A stretch of 64,000 nucleotides of DNA, from contig VRMN01000002.1 in the NCBI GenBank assembly GCA_008690995.1, positions 1,054,001-1,118,000 on the forward strand, written 5' to 3'. Of this stretch, positions 29,138-40,822 are shown one piece after another. The DNA is from Porphyridium purpureum (taxonomy: Eukaryota). Position 1 is the first letter of the stretch. Each line of letters starts with the position of its first letter. The notes beneath the pieces were generated by a model. That model ran no database searches. It saw nothing but the letters and a program-made list of their open reading frames with translations, and had not been told where the DNA came from. The position numbers and the translations under genes were made by a program.

Positions 29138-32100
29138 TCAAGTGTCCCCATGCCTACTGCGTCGTGACCAGTCTGCTGGAATTTCGGACGATGGGTGACA
29201 CAGCACGTACACGCCGTCCGTATTCGACACCTGACAGAACGGCTCCGGGGACGTGAGCACGTACGGCAGGTCGTTTCCGGCAGTAGGGAATTCTTCGTAT
29301 ACTGTCGTTCGTCCCGTGACTTTGCACTTATACTGGCCGCGTTTGCGTGTCAGCAGAGGCGTTTGCTCCACGAATGCCGGTGCAGAAGCTGATGATGATT
29401 GCGGGATGAACTGGTTAAGTTCCGAGGCCTGCTCGTCGCTGATGGCAAGGCGCACGCACGCACCTCCGCCACGATATAGGCCCAGCGCCAAGCAACCGAA
29501 TTCGAGCATTTTCTCAAATACTTCACGATACGTTCGGCCGCCGCTGCTCAGCTCGCCTTCCTCGACCCACGCGAGCGGAATATCAAGCAGTCGGATCCAA
29601 TTCTGGTTCGCAACAAGGTTGCCCTTTTTCTTCAACTTTCTCTTCGTCTTCATACCGAGCAGCAATTGCAGGAAGGACCATATACCCGGCTGTGCAAACT
29701 CGCGCACCATGGTCGCCACATACAGATTTTGAATGTACGTTTCGCCGGAGGCAAATCGCTGCCGTTCTGAGCTCTCGTCCACGATGCGACGCGACGAACA
29801 GGTGCCGGCTTCTCTATCTCGAGAAAGAGTCAGAAATTGCGACTTCGGCGGCCTTGCGCGCCCATATTCCACGGAATGCCGTGTATCAGAATCCTGTGTA
29901 TGGAATTCTGTTCTCTGTTCTTCTTCGCCGCCTTCATCTCCATCTTCGAAATCGCCATCGTCTTCTTCTTCCTCGTCTTCTGCGTCCAAGCTACCGCCGT
30001 CAAGCAGATAAAGCGACCGTGTGCGTGCAATGCGCTGATTAGCTAAATTCTGTGAAATAGCCGCGGTTCTGTGAATAAGTCTGGGGCTACTCAAGGGACG
30101 AGCACCAAACCTTCCTCCAGCAGGAGCAGCTTCATCATCACTATCAATGTACACATCACCCTCAGGCGCATTTTCACCAGCTTCACTTCCTTCGCGATGC
30201 TCCTCGACCGCGAGGATAGTTTCTGCTGGATGCGACTCTGCCAAATGCATAGAAATCTCGCCTACTTCGCCCAAGTGCACTCTGCGTCGGCGTGCACGAG
30301 GTGGCGGTCGCAGAAATTTCAAAGAATCTTCCGAATGCAGCAGCGAGCAAACAAATGCCTTGGAGGACGTTTCGAGTAAGAAGTCAAGTACCATGACGGT
30401 AAATAGGTTCATGGCATCCGCTTCCAGCACGTTCACCGCGTATGCTGCTGAAATGGCAATGGCCCGCGAACGGCTGTACTGGGCGTATCGTAGCGTTTTA
30501 ACGGAAGACGGGTTTCCTTGCACAAAGTAGAGGATGCCCCGGAACCGGTGGTACATGTGATCGATTCCGGCAGGAAATTCTGCACACACCACCACAATCG
30601 GTACGCGTGTCGCGTGGAACGCCGGCCGGTCCTGCCAGATCGACGTTAAAATGTAATCAAGATTGTTTCTCATCTCGCGCCGCTGAGAAAAGCAGATCAC
30701 GATGTGACCTGACAGCTCAACGGGCAGCGCTTGATTGATGTAGAGCAATTTTGCCTTCCTGCGAATATCCACAAGCTCAGCCATGCTCAAATCCTTAGCG
30801 ACGGTCTTGGAAGGGGTGCGCGATGCTGTGGACGAGCCGTAGGCGAACGTCCCTGATGCCTTTTCACGAAGAATGTCCGCAATCACCGCAGACGCGTGCG
30901 ATGCGATGGTCGCAGACTTGTTCGGCGGCGGCGCTGTTACGGACTGTGGCGTAGCCGTGGCGACATCGCTCCCGGAAGAATGCGACGAAATATCTGCAGC
31001 CGAGGCATGGAAGCCAGCAATAGGATCAAAATGCTCAGTGGCGAGTTCAAAGTCGATCTGGTCTCCGCCGAAAATCAAGTCATACAAGTCGCTTGGGTGA
31101 TGGTGATGCACGGAAGCGCCAGCTGAGCCGAGCTCATTCTGGCCATGGTCGGACGCGTTCGAATCGGTGTCGCTGAGACCTTGCTCGGAATGCTGCCGAG
31201 CAATAAAGTTGGCGGCACTCTCTAGAATTGCAGAGATCACTTCTTTGGGATGGAAGGTGAAACAAATCAATACCCGCCCGTGTTCGAGCACGGATGTCGT
31301 GCGCATGGGCTCCCAGTCTTGCTCGTCTGGGTCTCGTTGCATGGCCAGCAGTACCACACCAAAGTCATTTAGCACCGAGGCAAGCGAAAAATAACGCATG
31401 CCATCCAGCGCGCGCGGCACCACGGCGTAAGCTAAACGCACACTCGCCCCCACCTTGTACTCAATCTGCCACGGCAAATCAGCCAGGTCTGGCTTGGGCT
31501 TGTCCTCACGGACAAGATTGGCCACCAGCGTTGAAAGCCCATTCGAGAACAAACTTTCCGTCACGAGCGTCCAGGTGATGACCTGGTGGCAAAATGATGC
31601 ACTCAGGCGCTCCAGGCGCACTTGAAGATCGCCAGAACCGCACAGCGCAACGCCGTACTCGTCGTCATTATCCTGCTGCCGCTCGGACAATGCTATGTTG
31701 ACCTGCAGCACTGACTCGCGCACGAGACACAGCGCGTAAACTGGTATGCGTCCGGCAAATGCGCGCACTGACAAGATGCTCATGGTGACTTCGGACTCTT
31801 CCCGATACGCAATCTCGGCTGCAGTGTCGCACATGATGAAGACACATAGCGCGTCCGCCACTTGCGCGCGCTCGAGATCGCGCAAGTTGGATAGTGAGCC
31901 TTCCAGGTACACACATTGCTTCTGCAGATGTGCGTTGCTGTTCATTAGTGAAAGCCACTCGTCGTCGAGCCAATCGCGTGCGTTGCACAGGAGCACCACG
32001 TGGGTGTTGTAATGCTCGGGGAACGAGTAAAACTCGTCGAGAAATTTCTGCACGAGCCGAAAGCGAGGCGCTCCGCCCAGAACAACATGCTCAGTTGCGC

Positions 32101-33100
32101 TCTTGGCGTACGTTCCCATGCCCATCCGAAGCGAGGATGACACCTCGACCGCTTGCGTGACACTGCGCGAAACTAAGAAGACGCCCATCACAATGATAGC
32201 AATGACGGCGAGTCGTCCAAGCAGCGTGCCGGGCTCAAAGTCACCAAAGCCAACGGTGGTAATCGTAATGACCGTGAAATATAGCGAATTGGCCCAATTG
32301 AACGCGTACATCTCCTTGTAAATTGATGCCGCTGGGTCGCCCATAAGCTCAAAGAGCTGCGCGCCACTTGCCACCACATAGATGAATCCGGCAACTTGAA
32401 TAGCAAGCTTGACGTAAAAGCGCTGCAGCTTGGAATACTTGACGAGCACGAGACCGCGATGATCGAGCTCCGACCATAATTTCACAACGCGGACCATCTG
32501 GAAAAAGTTCCAATTCAGCCATAGACCTGGACGCGACTGCATGAGGCTCACGAGAGAAAAGCACTCGATAATTACATCAGCCGAGCATGCAAAGAGGAGT
32601 GGCTGGTTGCTCACAATGAACTTGAGCACGAGTCTCAAAAACAGCAAAATTCCCACCAGCATTTCGATGCGCGCGAGCAACAGAGGTACGGTCCTCCAGT
32701 ACGTGGCGGCAACGTAAAGCACGCAAACCGCGCTAGACACCAGAATGCGAATGTATGGCAGATAGAGCATGAAAAACTTTTCTCGCTCAAAGAGCGTTCG
32801 CACGCGCTCGCGCATTTTCACCAAGCTCGCGAACAGCCAGGAGCCTGTGCCTCGCTTTCGCCGGCGCCACACGGACGAATGAAATAAGTGCGGCGCACTT
32901 TTGTGCTTCCGCGAGTGGTACAGCACCTCGCCTGTCCGAAACAGAACACGCAGCAAGCCCGCGACAATCAGCATGGCCGCGACCCAAAACCCGGTCTTCC
33001 ATACATCCCACAACTCTGTCCATTCCGGCAGAGCCGGGTCGCGGTTTTTGAATGTAGTATAGGGCGGCGGCGTTTGTGATGCCCCTCCGCGCTCATCCAT
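29138..33100 (-). CDS. BK/Slo-type potassium channel with RCK domains
   Basis: Multiple TM helices, pore TITTVGFGD, RCK motifs HVVLGG, YLEGS, HIVIC, RFASGE. Frame open to 33166, first ATG at 33100. Confidence 0.9.
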   Translation of the reverse strand: MDERGGASQTPPPYTTFKNRDPALPEWTELWDVWKTGFWVAAMLIVAGLLRVLFRTGEVLYHSRKHKSAPHLFHSSVWRRRKRGTGSWLFASLVKMRERVRTLFEREKFFMLYLPYIRILVSSAVCVLYVAATYWRTVPLLLARIEMLVGILLFLRLVLKFIVSNQPLLFACSADVIIECFSLVSLMQSRPGLWLNWNFFQMVRVVKLWSELDHRGLVLVKYSKLQRFYVKLAIQVAGFIYVVASGAQLFELMGDPAASIYKEMYAFNWANSLYFTVITITTVGFGDFEPGTLLGRLAVIAIIVMGVFLVSRSVTQAVEVSSSLRMGMGTYAKSATEHVVLGGAPRFRLVQKFLDEFYSFPEHYNTHVVLLCNARDWLDDEWLSLMNSNAHLQKQCVYLEGSLSNLRDLERAQVADALCVFIMCDTAAEIAYREESEVTMSILSVRAFAGRIPVYALCLVRESVLQVNIALSERQQDNDDEYGVALCGSGDLQVRLERLSASFCHQVITWTLVTESLFSNGLSTLVANLVREDKPKPDLADLPWQIEYKVGASVRLAYAVVPRALDGMRYFSLASVLNDFGVVLLAMQRDPDEQDWEPMRTTSVLEHGRVLICFTFHPKEVISAILESAANFIARQHSEQGLSDTDSNASDHGQNELGSAGASVHHHHPSDLYDLIFGGDQIDFELATEHFDPIAGFHASAADISSHSSGSDVATATPQSVTAPPPNKSATIASHASAVIADILREKASGTFAYGSSTASRTPSKTVAKDLSMAELVDIRRKAKLLYINQALPVELSGHIVICFSQRREMRNNLDYILTSIWQDRPAFHATRVPIVVVCAEFPAGIDHMYHRFRGILYFVQGNPSSVKTLRYAQYSRSRAIAISAAYAVNVLEADAMNLFTVMVLDFLLETSSKAFVCSLLHSEDSLKFLRPPPRARRRRVHLGEVGEISMHLAESHPAETILAVEEHREGSEAGENAPEGDVYIDSDDEAAPAGGRFGARPLSSPRLIHRTAAISQNLANQRIARTRSLYLLDGGSLDAEDEEEEDDGDFEDGDEGGEEEQRTEFHTQDSDTRHSVEYGRARPPKSQFLTLSRDREAGTCSSRRIVDESSERQRFASGETYIQNLYVATMVREFAQPGIWSFLQLLLGMKTKRKLKKKGNLVANQNWIRLLDIPLAWVEEGELSSGGRTYREVFEKMLEFGCLALGLYRGGGACVRLAISDEQASELNQFIPQSSSASAPAFVEQTPLLTRKRGQYKCKVTGRTTVYEEFPTAGNDLPYVLTSPEPFCQVSNTDGVYVLCHPSSEIPADWSRRSRHGDT

Positions 33101-33409
33101 CCCAGCTTCTTCTCCTGGGTCATTGGCGTTCTCGACACCCACTCCATCCCGTCTACCACTACCCAAACCTTTTCCACGCCGTCCCGAACTTTAACGGTTC
33201 CTTATCGGTTCAACGGCTCAAAGATTCACCCTTGTAAATTGGACGGCTTTAATATGACTAGTGTAAGCATGGGTTCGGAGCCACTTTGGCGAGAAGCACG
33301 CGGTGAGCTGGCTATAAAGAGCAGCCGGAGTCCGTGCCGGTGCTGGTGGCATGGATGCTGGACCGACGCGACGCGCGCACGGCACAGTCGCTCGGCGCGG
33401 ACCAGGAGA

Positions 33410-33667
33410 ATGGGATGGTTCGGGAAGTCGAAAGCAGCGAAGGAGGCGAAGCCAGCGCCAGGCATTGGCTCGGTCGGCGCGCAGGCCACGGCCAAGGCAA
33501 AGCTGCCGAACCACGGCTTGAAGAAGGCGAAGCCGGTTAAGCACACCGCCGCGGAGGAGAGAGAGCGCGCCGGCAAGGCGAAGAAGGACAAGTGGCAGGA
33601 CGTCGGCGACGAGGCGGCGAAGAAGGCGCGGCAGCGCAATATGCGCAAGGGCCTGTTCGGCAAGTAG
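33410..33667 (+). CDS. Small basic Lys/Ala-rich hypothetical protein (85 aa)
   Basis: Strong GC3 codon bias (AAG/GCG) and TATAAA at ~33313. Start codon uncertain. Confidence 0.55.
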   Translation: MGWFGKSKAAKEAKPAPGIGSVGAQATAKAKLPNHGLKKAKPVKHTAAEERERAGKAKKDKWQDVGDEAAKKARQRNMRKGLFGK

Positions 33668-35328
33668 CCACGTCCACCACGCGCGCTGCTTGCTCGTGCA
33701 TCGTACCCTTCAGCTCACAACATGAAAAACGTTTGGGAAACCGCGGGTGTACAGCGAGTCCGGTAGCAGTGTACAGTCATCGGTTCCAGCCCGTTGAGCG
33801 AGCGAGCACGCACATCATAGCAAACCATGACCGAAATGCGTGGCGATACTTTGTCTTAAGAAAAACGATCCAGTCTACTATAAAACTGTGAGGGGTTCTG
33901 TGGAAAGTGTACCGCGGAAGCTCACGGCGGTTTGAGGACTTGTCACAGGGCAGGGGCAAGATCATTCGGCCCGCGGAGAATCGGAATGAATCCCGGTTTG
34001 CTTGCTCATAAGCGCGTCGAAGATAGACGCAGTCGAGGATGCAATCTTGTTGACGTACAGCTCATGGCCAGTGTCGGCTCGCCAAATCTTCCGAGCCAGA
34101 GCCTCTGTATTCTTGAGCTCCTGCACATTCTGAAGCTGCCGCGCGACCGTGCACACCTTGCGCGCGAGCAGCTCCCGCAAAATTGCGACGGTAGTGCATT
34201 CCGGCAAGTACGCTGGCAAGGCTTAAAGCCCGGCATTTTCATCGCTCGCGAAATTCTTCAGCGGCCACAGACGTACACCCTCACGTCGTGCCAATGCAAC
34301 AACAGAGCCGTGCCCAGTATTTTGCGACAGCAAGCTAGCACAATATCCTCACGAAGCTGAGAAAGATGATTTGCAACCGCGAAGGTGCCCTCCATAAATA
34401 AAGATGAGCCCTTCCCTTCGCATTAGGGCGCCCCGAGCCATATATCTGCCACTACTGGAGTCTCTTGGCCAAATGACCAGGAATCTCTTCCGCATGCTCA
34501 AGACGCAGCTTGGTAAAACCATAGGACCCTTTCATGCGAAAGATCTTATCGAGAATGACCACAATTGAGGCCAACCTCATTCATTCTGGCTGAAGCCGCC
34601 TGGCCGAAGAAATGTTCCTTAGCTTGCTAACGACAATCAGTGGCAGACGAGCTGAAATGTTGCCCCACTCATGTGTTTGGCTCACTGCCTCCCTAGTTTT
34701 GCGTTGCGAACGCGCAGTGCAGAATGATCAAACATGTTGGGCGCTCCTTCAAAAGCACAGTACAATTTTGATTCCTCCTTTCGAGTGTCTCACCGTCAGC
34801 CTTCAAACAACTGTGGATGTGCCTGCACGCGTCAGGAACGGTCCAAAAGAGGAGAACGGTGTTCTTGAAATGCCCAGATCGGTACTCTTGGCCTATATGC
34901 TCGAGCCCGCCCCACGAATGCTTGCAACGCGTTCTTTTGCCTGTGCCGAAGGACGAAGGTTACGCGTCATGGCGTCGGAATGAATTGTCCCACGAGGTGC
35001 ACTAGAGCCGCGTTTCTGCGCCCGCAATGGACGGCCGGCATCTCAGATCTTTCGCGGCCACGCAAGGGTGTCGATTATGCGTCCTGAGCCGCGAATCTCT
35101 TCCTAGCAGATGCTCCTCAAGCACGGCGCAACATTTCCCACAACAGCGCGCCAACGTTTAACGTGGAATCACTATTTTATAAGAGAAATGAACGGTCCCT
35201 TGTTTGTTCGGTTCGTGCCTTGCTTGCTCGTTAAGTGCGACGACACAAAGGTGGAAGCCAAGGATCGCCGGAACGCGCGGCGGTTGTCGGATCCATCGCA
35301 CGGGCTGACTGACGGGGAATCGTCGCTC

Positions 35329-37878
35329 ATGGGGACGCCAGTGAACGCCATGTACAAGCTGCGCGCCGAGCTGAGCTTGCACACCGGCGATGTGCGATGT
35401 GTGACATGGCTGGGCCCGGGTAGGTTTGCGTCCGCGTCGCGCGACAAGTTGGTCGTCGTGTGGAAGGAGGAGAGCGGGCTGGACATACGAAGCCAGGAAG
35501 ATCAGGATAGTGAACAGCTCAGAAATCAAAGCGCCGCCCAGTACCACGCAGAACATGTGCTGCATGGTCATGAGCATTACGTCAACGCGTTGAGGTACCT
35601 GCCAAGCTTGCAGGTGCTTGTGTCTGCATCTGCGGACAAGACGCTTCGCGCTTGGGACGTGGCGGATGGCGTCACGCTGGGCGTGGGAGCTGAGCACTCG
35701 CAAGCGATTTGCGCGCTGGAAGTCCTAGGCGAGAATCGTCTCGTGAGTTGCTCGTGGGATCACACGGCTCGAGTGTGGAGCGTGCAACGTGAGGGTGCAA
35801 GTGCAATTTTCAAGTGTGATGCCGTGATTTCGTCGCACAAGGCGCCCGTATGGGATGCTTGCGCCATCGAGCGACTCGAGCTTCTCTTTACGGTTGGCGC
35901 AGACAAGAAACTCTGCGCATTCAACCTTTCCGAATCCGGCCCTCCCGGTACAATGCCCGTCGCAGTAGTGGAAAACGCACATGAGGATGTCATTCGTGGC
36001 GTGCGGGCCTTACCGCCGAGCACAAATAACAGCGACAAGAGCGTACTTGTAACCGTGGCGAACGACGGGTGGCTGCGGACATGGACCGTGACTCGCGTCT
36101 CAAAACAAGAGGTGCAGATCCAGCCACTTCGAGTACTGTCGGATGTTCACGGTGGCCATTTTATTTACACACTGAGCGTCGGATACTCGAGCTTGCCTGA
36201 CGGTCTCGTTGAAATTCATACGGGTGGGGAGGATAGCACACTGCGCGTCATCGAAGACGACGGCTCTGGTTCCGAACTAAACATGGTGCAAAGCCTGCAA
36301 CATCCGGGTACCGTGTGGTCTATCGCGTCGTGCATTGACGCGAACCAGCATGACCTGGTGACGGGCTGTTCGGATCAAATTGTGCGCGTATTCACACGCC
36401 GCGCCGATCGCGTGGCACCAGAGGAAGTGCTGGCGCAGTACGAAGCGTCAATCAAAGAACGAAAGGTTGCTTCGCAAACCATCGGCGGCGTGGATGTGTC
36501 AAAGTTGCCGGACGAAACCGCTCTTCTGGTGCCTGGGAAAAGGGAGGGTGAGAACAAAATCATTAAGAACAGTGCAACGGGCGTCGCAGAGGTGCACATG
36601 TGGGAATCGAGCTCGCAAAGCTGGAGCAAGGTCGGTGACGTGGTCGACAATCCCAACAGCAGCGGCAGCGGTAATGGCGCGAAAGAAATTAATGGTGTTC
36701 CCTTTGATTTCGTGTTCGATGTCGAAGTCGACACCAATGGACCGCATTTGAAGCTTGGATACAACACGGGCGAAAACCCGTACACAGCAGCGCAGCGCTT
36801 TATCGAAGATAACGAAATGTCTCAGGAATTTCTGGACCAAATCGCAAACTTCATTGAACAGCAGGTTCCTCCATCTGCTTTGATGCCGTCTGGGCCAAAT
36901 GCGGCCGCATCCGACCCGCTGACTGGTGGCAGCAGGTATATTCCATCGTCTTCTGGGACGCCGGCAGCGGCGACTGGCGGGCACATTCCGGATGGAAGTC
37001 CCCTGACAGAAGGACGATATCGGCCAGGCGGTTCTGCGGCGGGAACATCGCCTTCAGCCGCCACAGCCGCCCCCATCAAATACATTCCAAACTTGCACGA
37101 GCTTGTGCTCTTCAAGCACAGCGATATGCTGGAAAAAATGCATGGAAAGATTTTGGAGTATGATGGGGAGCCTCAGATTGATGATGCGACGCGTACAGCG
37201 CTCGCCGGCCTCTTTGCTGCGCTCAGCGCACCGGATGCGTCGCAAACAGCGCTCATGGACGAGCAAATGTCGGCAGTTGAGTCTCTGCTGCAGCGTCCAG
37301 TAGGTGTTGTTTTCCCTGTGCTCGACCTCGCTCGGCTAATTGTGTCACGGCCGTCAGGCGTGGCATACTTTTTCGGCAAGCGCGAAGGCGCCGTGTTGGA
37401 ACGCGTACTAGAGCTCGCGCAAATGGCCGATGCACCGCCGCCAGTGCTTATCATGAGTGGCAGATTCCTCTGCAACCTGTTCATCAGCCGGTTAAGCGTG
37501 AATTTTATGCAAGCCAACCTGGAGCGCGTCTTGCGGGCCGCACGGCCCATGGCTGCGAGCCAGAATGCCAAAGCTCGCGAAGCATTCTCGGGTCTGGTTT
37601 GGAACTACGCGACGCTTCTGCACGGCGCCAAGGCGAGTGCCGTACAGAAAGGGGCGCTTTTGGCGTGCATCACTGAGCTTCTCAATTCGCACCTCGATAC
37701 GGTCGAGCTCCACGTGTTCCGGCAAATGGTCGCAATGGGCACTTGTATGTACGACGACAAGGAAGCTGTTGCGCTGGCCAATGAGCTCAACGTACCGATT
37801 GCTGTCGCAAACGCGGCTCGTGTCTCGGCGCGAACACAGGCAGTGGCGGAACAAATTGCAAGGCTTCTTATCTTGTAA
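35329..37878 (+). CDS. PLAA: PLAA/Doa1/Ufd3 (WD40-PFU-PUL)
   Basis: WD40 repeats, PFU motif DFVFDV...KLGYN.GENPY.AAQRFI and PUL motif FPVLDLARL. Start uncertain (35110, 35329 or 35350). Confidence 0.93.
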   Translation: MGTPVNAMYKLRAELSLHTGDVRCVTWLGPGRFASASRDKLVVVWKEESGLDIRSQEDQDSEQLRNQSAAQYHAEHVLHGHEHYVNALRYLPSLQVLVSASADKTLRAWDVADGVTLGVGAEHSQAICALEVLGENRLVSCSWDHTARVWSVQREGASAIFKCDAVISSHKAPVWDACAIERLELLFTVGADKKLCAFNLSESGPPGTMPVAVVENAHEDVIRGVRALPPSTNNSDKSVLVTVANDGWLRTWTVTRVSKQEVQIQPLRVLSDVHGGHFIYTLSVGYSSLPDGLVEIHTGGEDSTLRVIEDDGSGSELNMVQSLQHPGTVWSIASCIDANQHDLVTGCSDQIVRVFTRRADRVAPEEVLAQYEASIKERKVASQTIGGVDVSKLPDETALLVPGKREGENKIIKNSATGVAEVHMWESSSQSWSKVGDVVDNPNSSGSGNGAKEINGVPFDFVFDVEVDTNGPHLKLGYNTGENPYTAAQRFIEDNEMSQEFLDQIANFIEQQVPPSALMPSGPNAAASDPLTGGSRYIPSSSGTPAAATGGHIPDGSPLTEGRYRPGGSAAGTSPSAATAAPIKYIPNLHELVLFKHSDMLEKMHGKILEYDGEPQIDDATRTALAGLFAALSAPDASQTALMDEQMSAVESLLQRPVGVVFPVLDLARLIVSRPSGVAYFFGKREGAVLERVLELAQMADAPPPVLIMSGRFLCNLFISRLSVNFMQANLERVLRAARPMAASQNAKAREAFSGLVWNYATLLHGAKASAVQKGALLACITELLNSHLDTVELHVFRQMVAMGTCMYDDKEAVALANELNVPIAVANAARVSARTQAVAEQIARLLIL

Positions 37879-38244
37879 AATTGAGTTTTAGCTTTGCCTT
37901 TCTCCACAAGAACCCGCTCACAGTTGCCTTGCCTGGCTGACGATGGCATTCTGCATGACTTTCCTTTTGCATCTATCTCAAGCCTTCCGGCAATGCGCAG
38001 AGAACGACAAGTGCATACGAAGCTTGGCGGGAAGACTGCACGAATCTGTCTAGGAGCGACTGGTAAACCCACACTGTGGACAAGACAGCAGAACCAGCAG
38101 CACATGTGGGTGCGTCAGAGTCCTTCCTACACGGCCAAGCAGAGACTCGCAAGGGAACTGCTGAGTGACCGACGAGAGAGTAAGAGGGTGTAAGAAGAAA
38201 ATGCGGGTACGGCGGGTGGCGCCAAGGCATTGTGCGAGAAGATA

Positions 38245-39930
38245 ATGCAAAAACCGCATCAAGATAGAACGCTTCCGAACACGTCGCTCAAGCCGCGCCC
38301 TTTGATTAGGCGCATCCGTGAATTATTTCTCCGCAAACTGCGCTACAGGAATCGTACTCTCGACAGAGGACACAGCAATATCAGTGCAGCGGGCAACTCC
38401 TTGGCCGCAGCGGCGCGCCGGCTTGCGAGCTTTGATAATAGAGGACCGGAGCTGAAGGCAGAAACCGCAAAGGAGAAGCAACAAGAAAATCCGAGAGTCG
38501 CGTCGCCCGTCTGGCCGTCACTGTTGACAGCAGTCCCGCTTCCTCGGCGAACGAGACCGTCCCGGTCCGCATTTTGGGCGTGGGACCGTATGCTTGACGA
38601 GGGTATGATGGCGCTGGACAGTCAATTCGGCGCAAACAATACAGGCCTTGAAGTGAGGGATGGCAGTGCAAACAGAGACGGTGACACCAGCCCGAAACGT
38701 GAGCCTGCAGGAACGCGAAGATGCGGAGACCAAAGCCGCGCCTTGATGCAATCGCTCGACACAGTCGATTTAGTATCCAGTAGTGGAACTGAAGCGGTTA
38801 ACTCTCCATCGAGTGAGGCCACGTTGATCAGGCCGACGTCCATATCCAGGCGCGAACACATTCCGAGAAGGGCGAGCGTCCAGCCCAACACGGCCAAGGT
38901 GGTCGATATGATTGATCTTGTCAGCTGCAGTGAAAGCGAGGATGACCTTACGGAGCCTGTGATGAGCTTGCGTGGCGACAAGCAAGAGCACGCGCAAGCC
39001 AGCTTGGATCATGCCCTTCGGCGGTTGGGCTCGCTGTCCGTGACTCGCACAGACCGCGAGACCTTCTGTGGACTCGCCAGCCAAGTTTCATCCATTCGCA
39101 TGAGATGGAGGACTGAACGGCTCGCTCCACCAACGGGAGAAAAGCTGAACGACGTCTTGAAATGGGCTTTCCGCGGTCCGCAAAAGTACCCGCTTGTCAC
39201 AGTGAAAGCTGCGAAAATCACGCTTCAACGAGAAGACATGTGTCGTCTCCGCGGGAGCAGTTGGCTCAATGATGAGCTTGTGAATTCCTACGTGGCATTG
39301 TTGAATGCGCGCAACGCGGCTCGACGGGAAGAGAATGCGAGCTGCGGGCATAATTCCAGGCCTTGTGTGCAGCGAGTGTACTGCTTCACGAGTTTTTTCT
39401 ATGCGCGTCTGAATGCGACAAAGGCTGGATACGACTATGACGGCGTGCGACGCTGGACCACACGCGCAAAGGTGGACGTGCTGAGCACTGACATTCTACT
39501 CATTCCCGTCAATCTCGGAAACACGCATTGGGTACTCGTGTCTATCAACATGCGCCGCCAAAGTATTCACTACTTGGATTCGATGTCAAGCCCGGACTCG
39601 CTTTCAAGTTTTGTGATGGCTTCCTTAGCACGGTGGCTCGACGACGAGGTAAATAATAAGCATCCTGGAGCGACCGAGTCGGGCCTCAATCGCGCTGCAG
39701 GACCGTGGAGTTGCTCGTCGTGGCCTCGGAAAGTGTTGCGTCATCTTCCGCGCCAGCGCGACGGTGGCAGTTGCGGTGTATTCATGCTCATGTTTGCGGA
39801 GAGCATCGAATGGCAGGGACACGACCGCGAGTTTGACTTCAATCATAGCCACATTCCGGCTCTCAGGCAACGTGTATGTCTTGAACTTCTAGGGGAGCGC
39901 CTGTGTACATACGAGCCGTGTGTTTCGTAG
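38245..39930 (+). CDS. Ulp1/SENP SUMO protease (peptidase C48)
   Basis: WLNDELVNSY, FTSFFY, VRRWT, THW (His), YLDS (Asp), QRDGGSCG (Cys). Start uncertain. Confidence 0.92.
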   Translation: MQKPHQDRTLPNTSLKPRPLIRRIRELFLRKLRYRNRTLDRGHSNISAAGNSLAAAARRLASFDNRGPELKAETAKEKQQENPRVASPVWPSLLTAVPLPRRTRPSRSAFWAWDRMLDEGMMALDSQFGANNTGLEVRDGSANRDGDTSPKREPAGTRRCGDQSRALMQSLDTVDLVSSSGTEAVNSPSSEATLIRPTSISRREHIPRRASVQPNTAKVVDMIDLVSCSESEDDLTEPVMSLRGDKQEHAQASLDHALRRLGSLSVTRTDRETFCGLASQVSSIRMRWRTERLAPPTGEKLNDVLKWAFRGPQKYPLVTVKAAKITLQREDMCRLRGSSWLNDELVNSYVALLNARNAARREENASCGHNSRPCVQRVYCFTSFFYARLNATKAGYDYDGVRRWTTRAKVDVLSTDILLIPVNLGNTHWVLVSINMRRQSIHYLDSMSSPDSLSSFVMASLARWLDDEVNNKHPGATESGLNRAAGPWSCSSWPRKVLRHLPRQRDGGSCGVFMLMFAESIEWQGHDREFDFNHSHIPALRQRVCLELLGERLCTYEPCVS

Positions 39931-40001
39931 CGTTAAGCAATGACTGGCGAACGGGAAAACTAAAAATGTTTGGATTTCGACGCGTATAATGCTCCAGTGC
40001 C

Positions 40002-40784
40002 ATGTCTAAGCGCGCGCGTAGCACGCGCCACTCCGACAGCGAACTCCTGGACCGCTTGGAGCAGAACGTGCGAAGCGGGAATGTGGAGCAAGTTCGGACG
40101 AGTGTCCGAGAGTATGGCGTCGACGTGGATGCGTTGCTAGGCGCATACGGCGGCTGCCCAGCGCTGGGTGTCGCCGCGACTCAGGGGCAGATTCAAGTGA
40201 TGCGAACTTTACTGGACGAGCTTGGTGCTGACGTGAACGCCATGAATCGGCGGGGCTCCACCGCACTTATGCTAGCCGCGTTGACGCGAAACGCAGAATG
40301 TGTCGAATATTTGCTGAAGTCACAGCTAGTCGACGTGAATCATGTGAATCAGGCAGGTTGTACCGCGCTCATGTACGCGGTCATGCATGTATCAGAGGAA
40401 ATAGTCCACTCGTTGTTGATGCGCGGCGCACGCGCAGACGTTGGCGATGCGCCGCTGCTTTGGAGCTTGAAGCACTGCGCGGGCAGTTCTTGTCCGCGGA
40501 TTGCGCAACAGCTGCTCCAGGCCGGCCACGCGGATCCAGACGCGCGAGATACAGAGGGAATGTCTTGCTTGATTGCCGCTGCCTCTTCTGCTGACGTGCT
40601 CGGGATGAAGGATTTGATACTTTACGGAGCCGACGTAAACTATGAATGGGGGGAGGGTATGCGAACCTGCTTGACCGTCCTCGGACGAAACGACCCGGAC
40701 GCTTTGGAGGAGCTTCTGGTCCTCTTCGCACGTCGCATTTCGCCGCGCCAGTGTCGCGTCCTTTTCACATTGCGACAGTATTGA
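40002..40784 (+). CDS. Ankyrin-repeat protein
   Basis: Repeats of GADVNA..GSTALMLAA and GCTALMYAV. Confidence 0.88.
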   Translation: MSKRARSTRHSDSELLDRLEQNVRSGNVEQVRTSVREYGVDVDALLGAYGGCPALGVAATQGQIQVMRTLLDELGADVNAMNRRGSTALMLAALTRNAECVEYLLKSQLVDVNHVNQAGCTALMYAVMHVSEEIVHSLLMRGARADVGDAPLLWSLKHCAGSSCPRIAQQLLQAGHADPDARDTEGMSCLIAAASSADVLGMKDLILYGADVNYEWGEGMRTCLTVLGRNDPDALEELLVLFARRISPRQCRVLFTLRQY

Positions 40785-40822
40785 TGCCGTTCTTTATTCC
40801 TCTATCGTATCCTATTCTGTTC

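Noticed and set aside
33900..35050. Fragmentary ORFs upstream of PLAA
   Set aside because: Stops in all frames and no family recognised.
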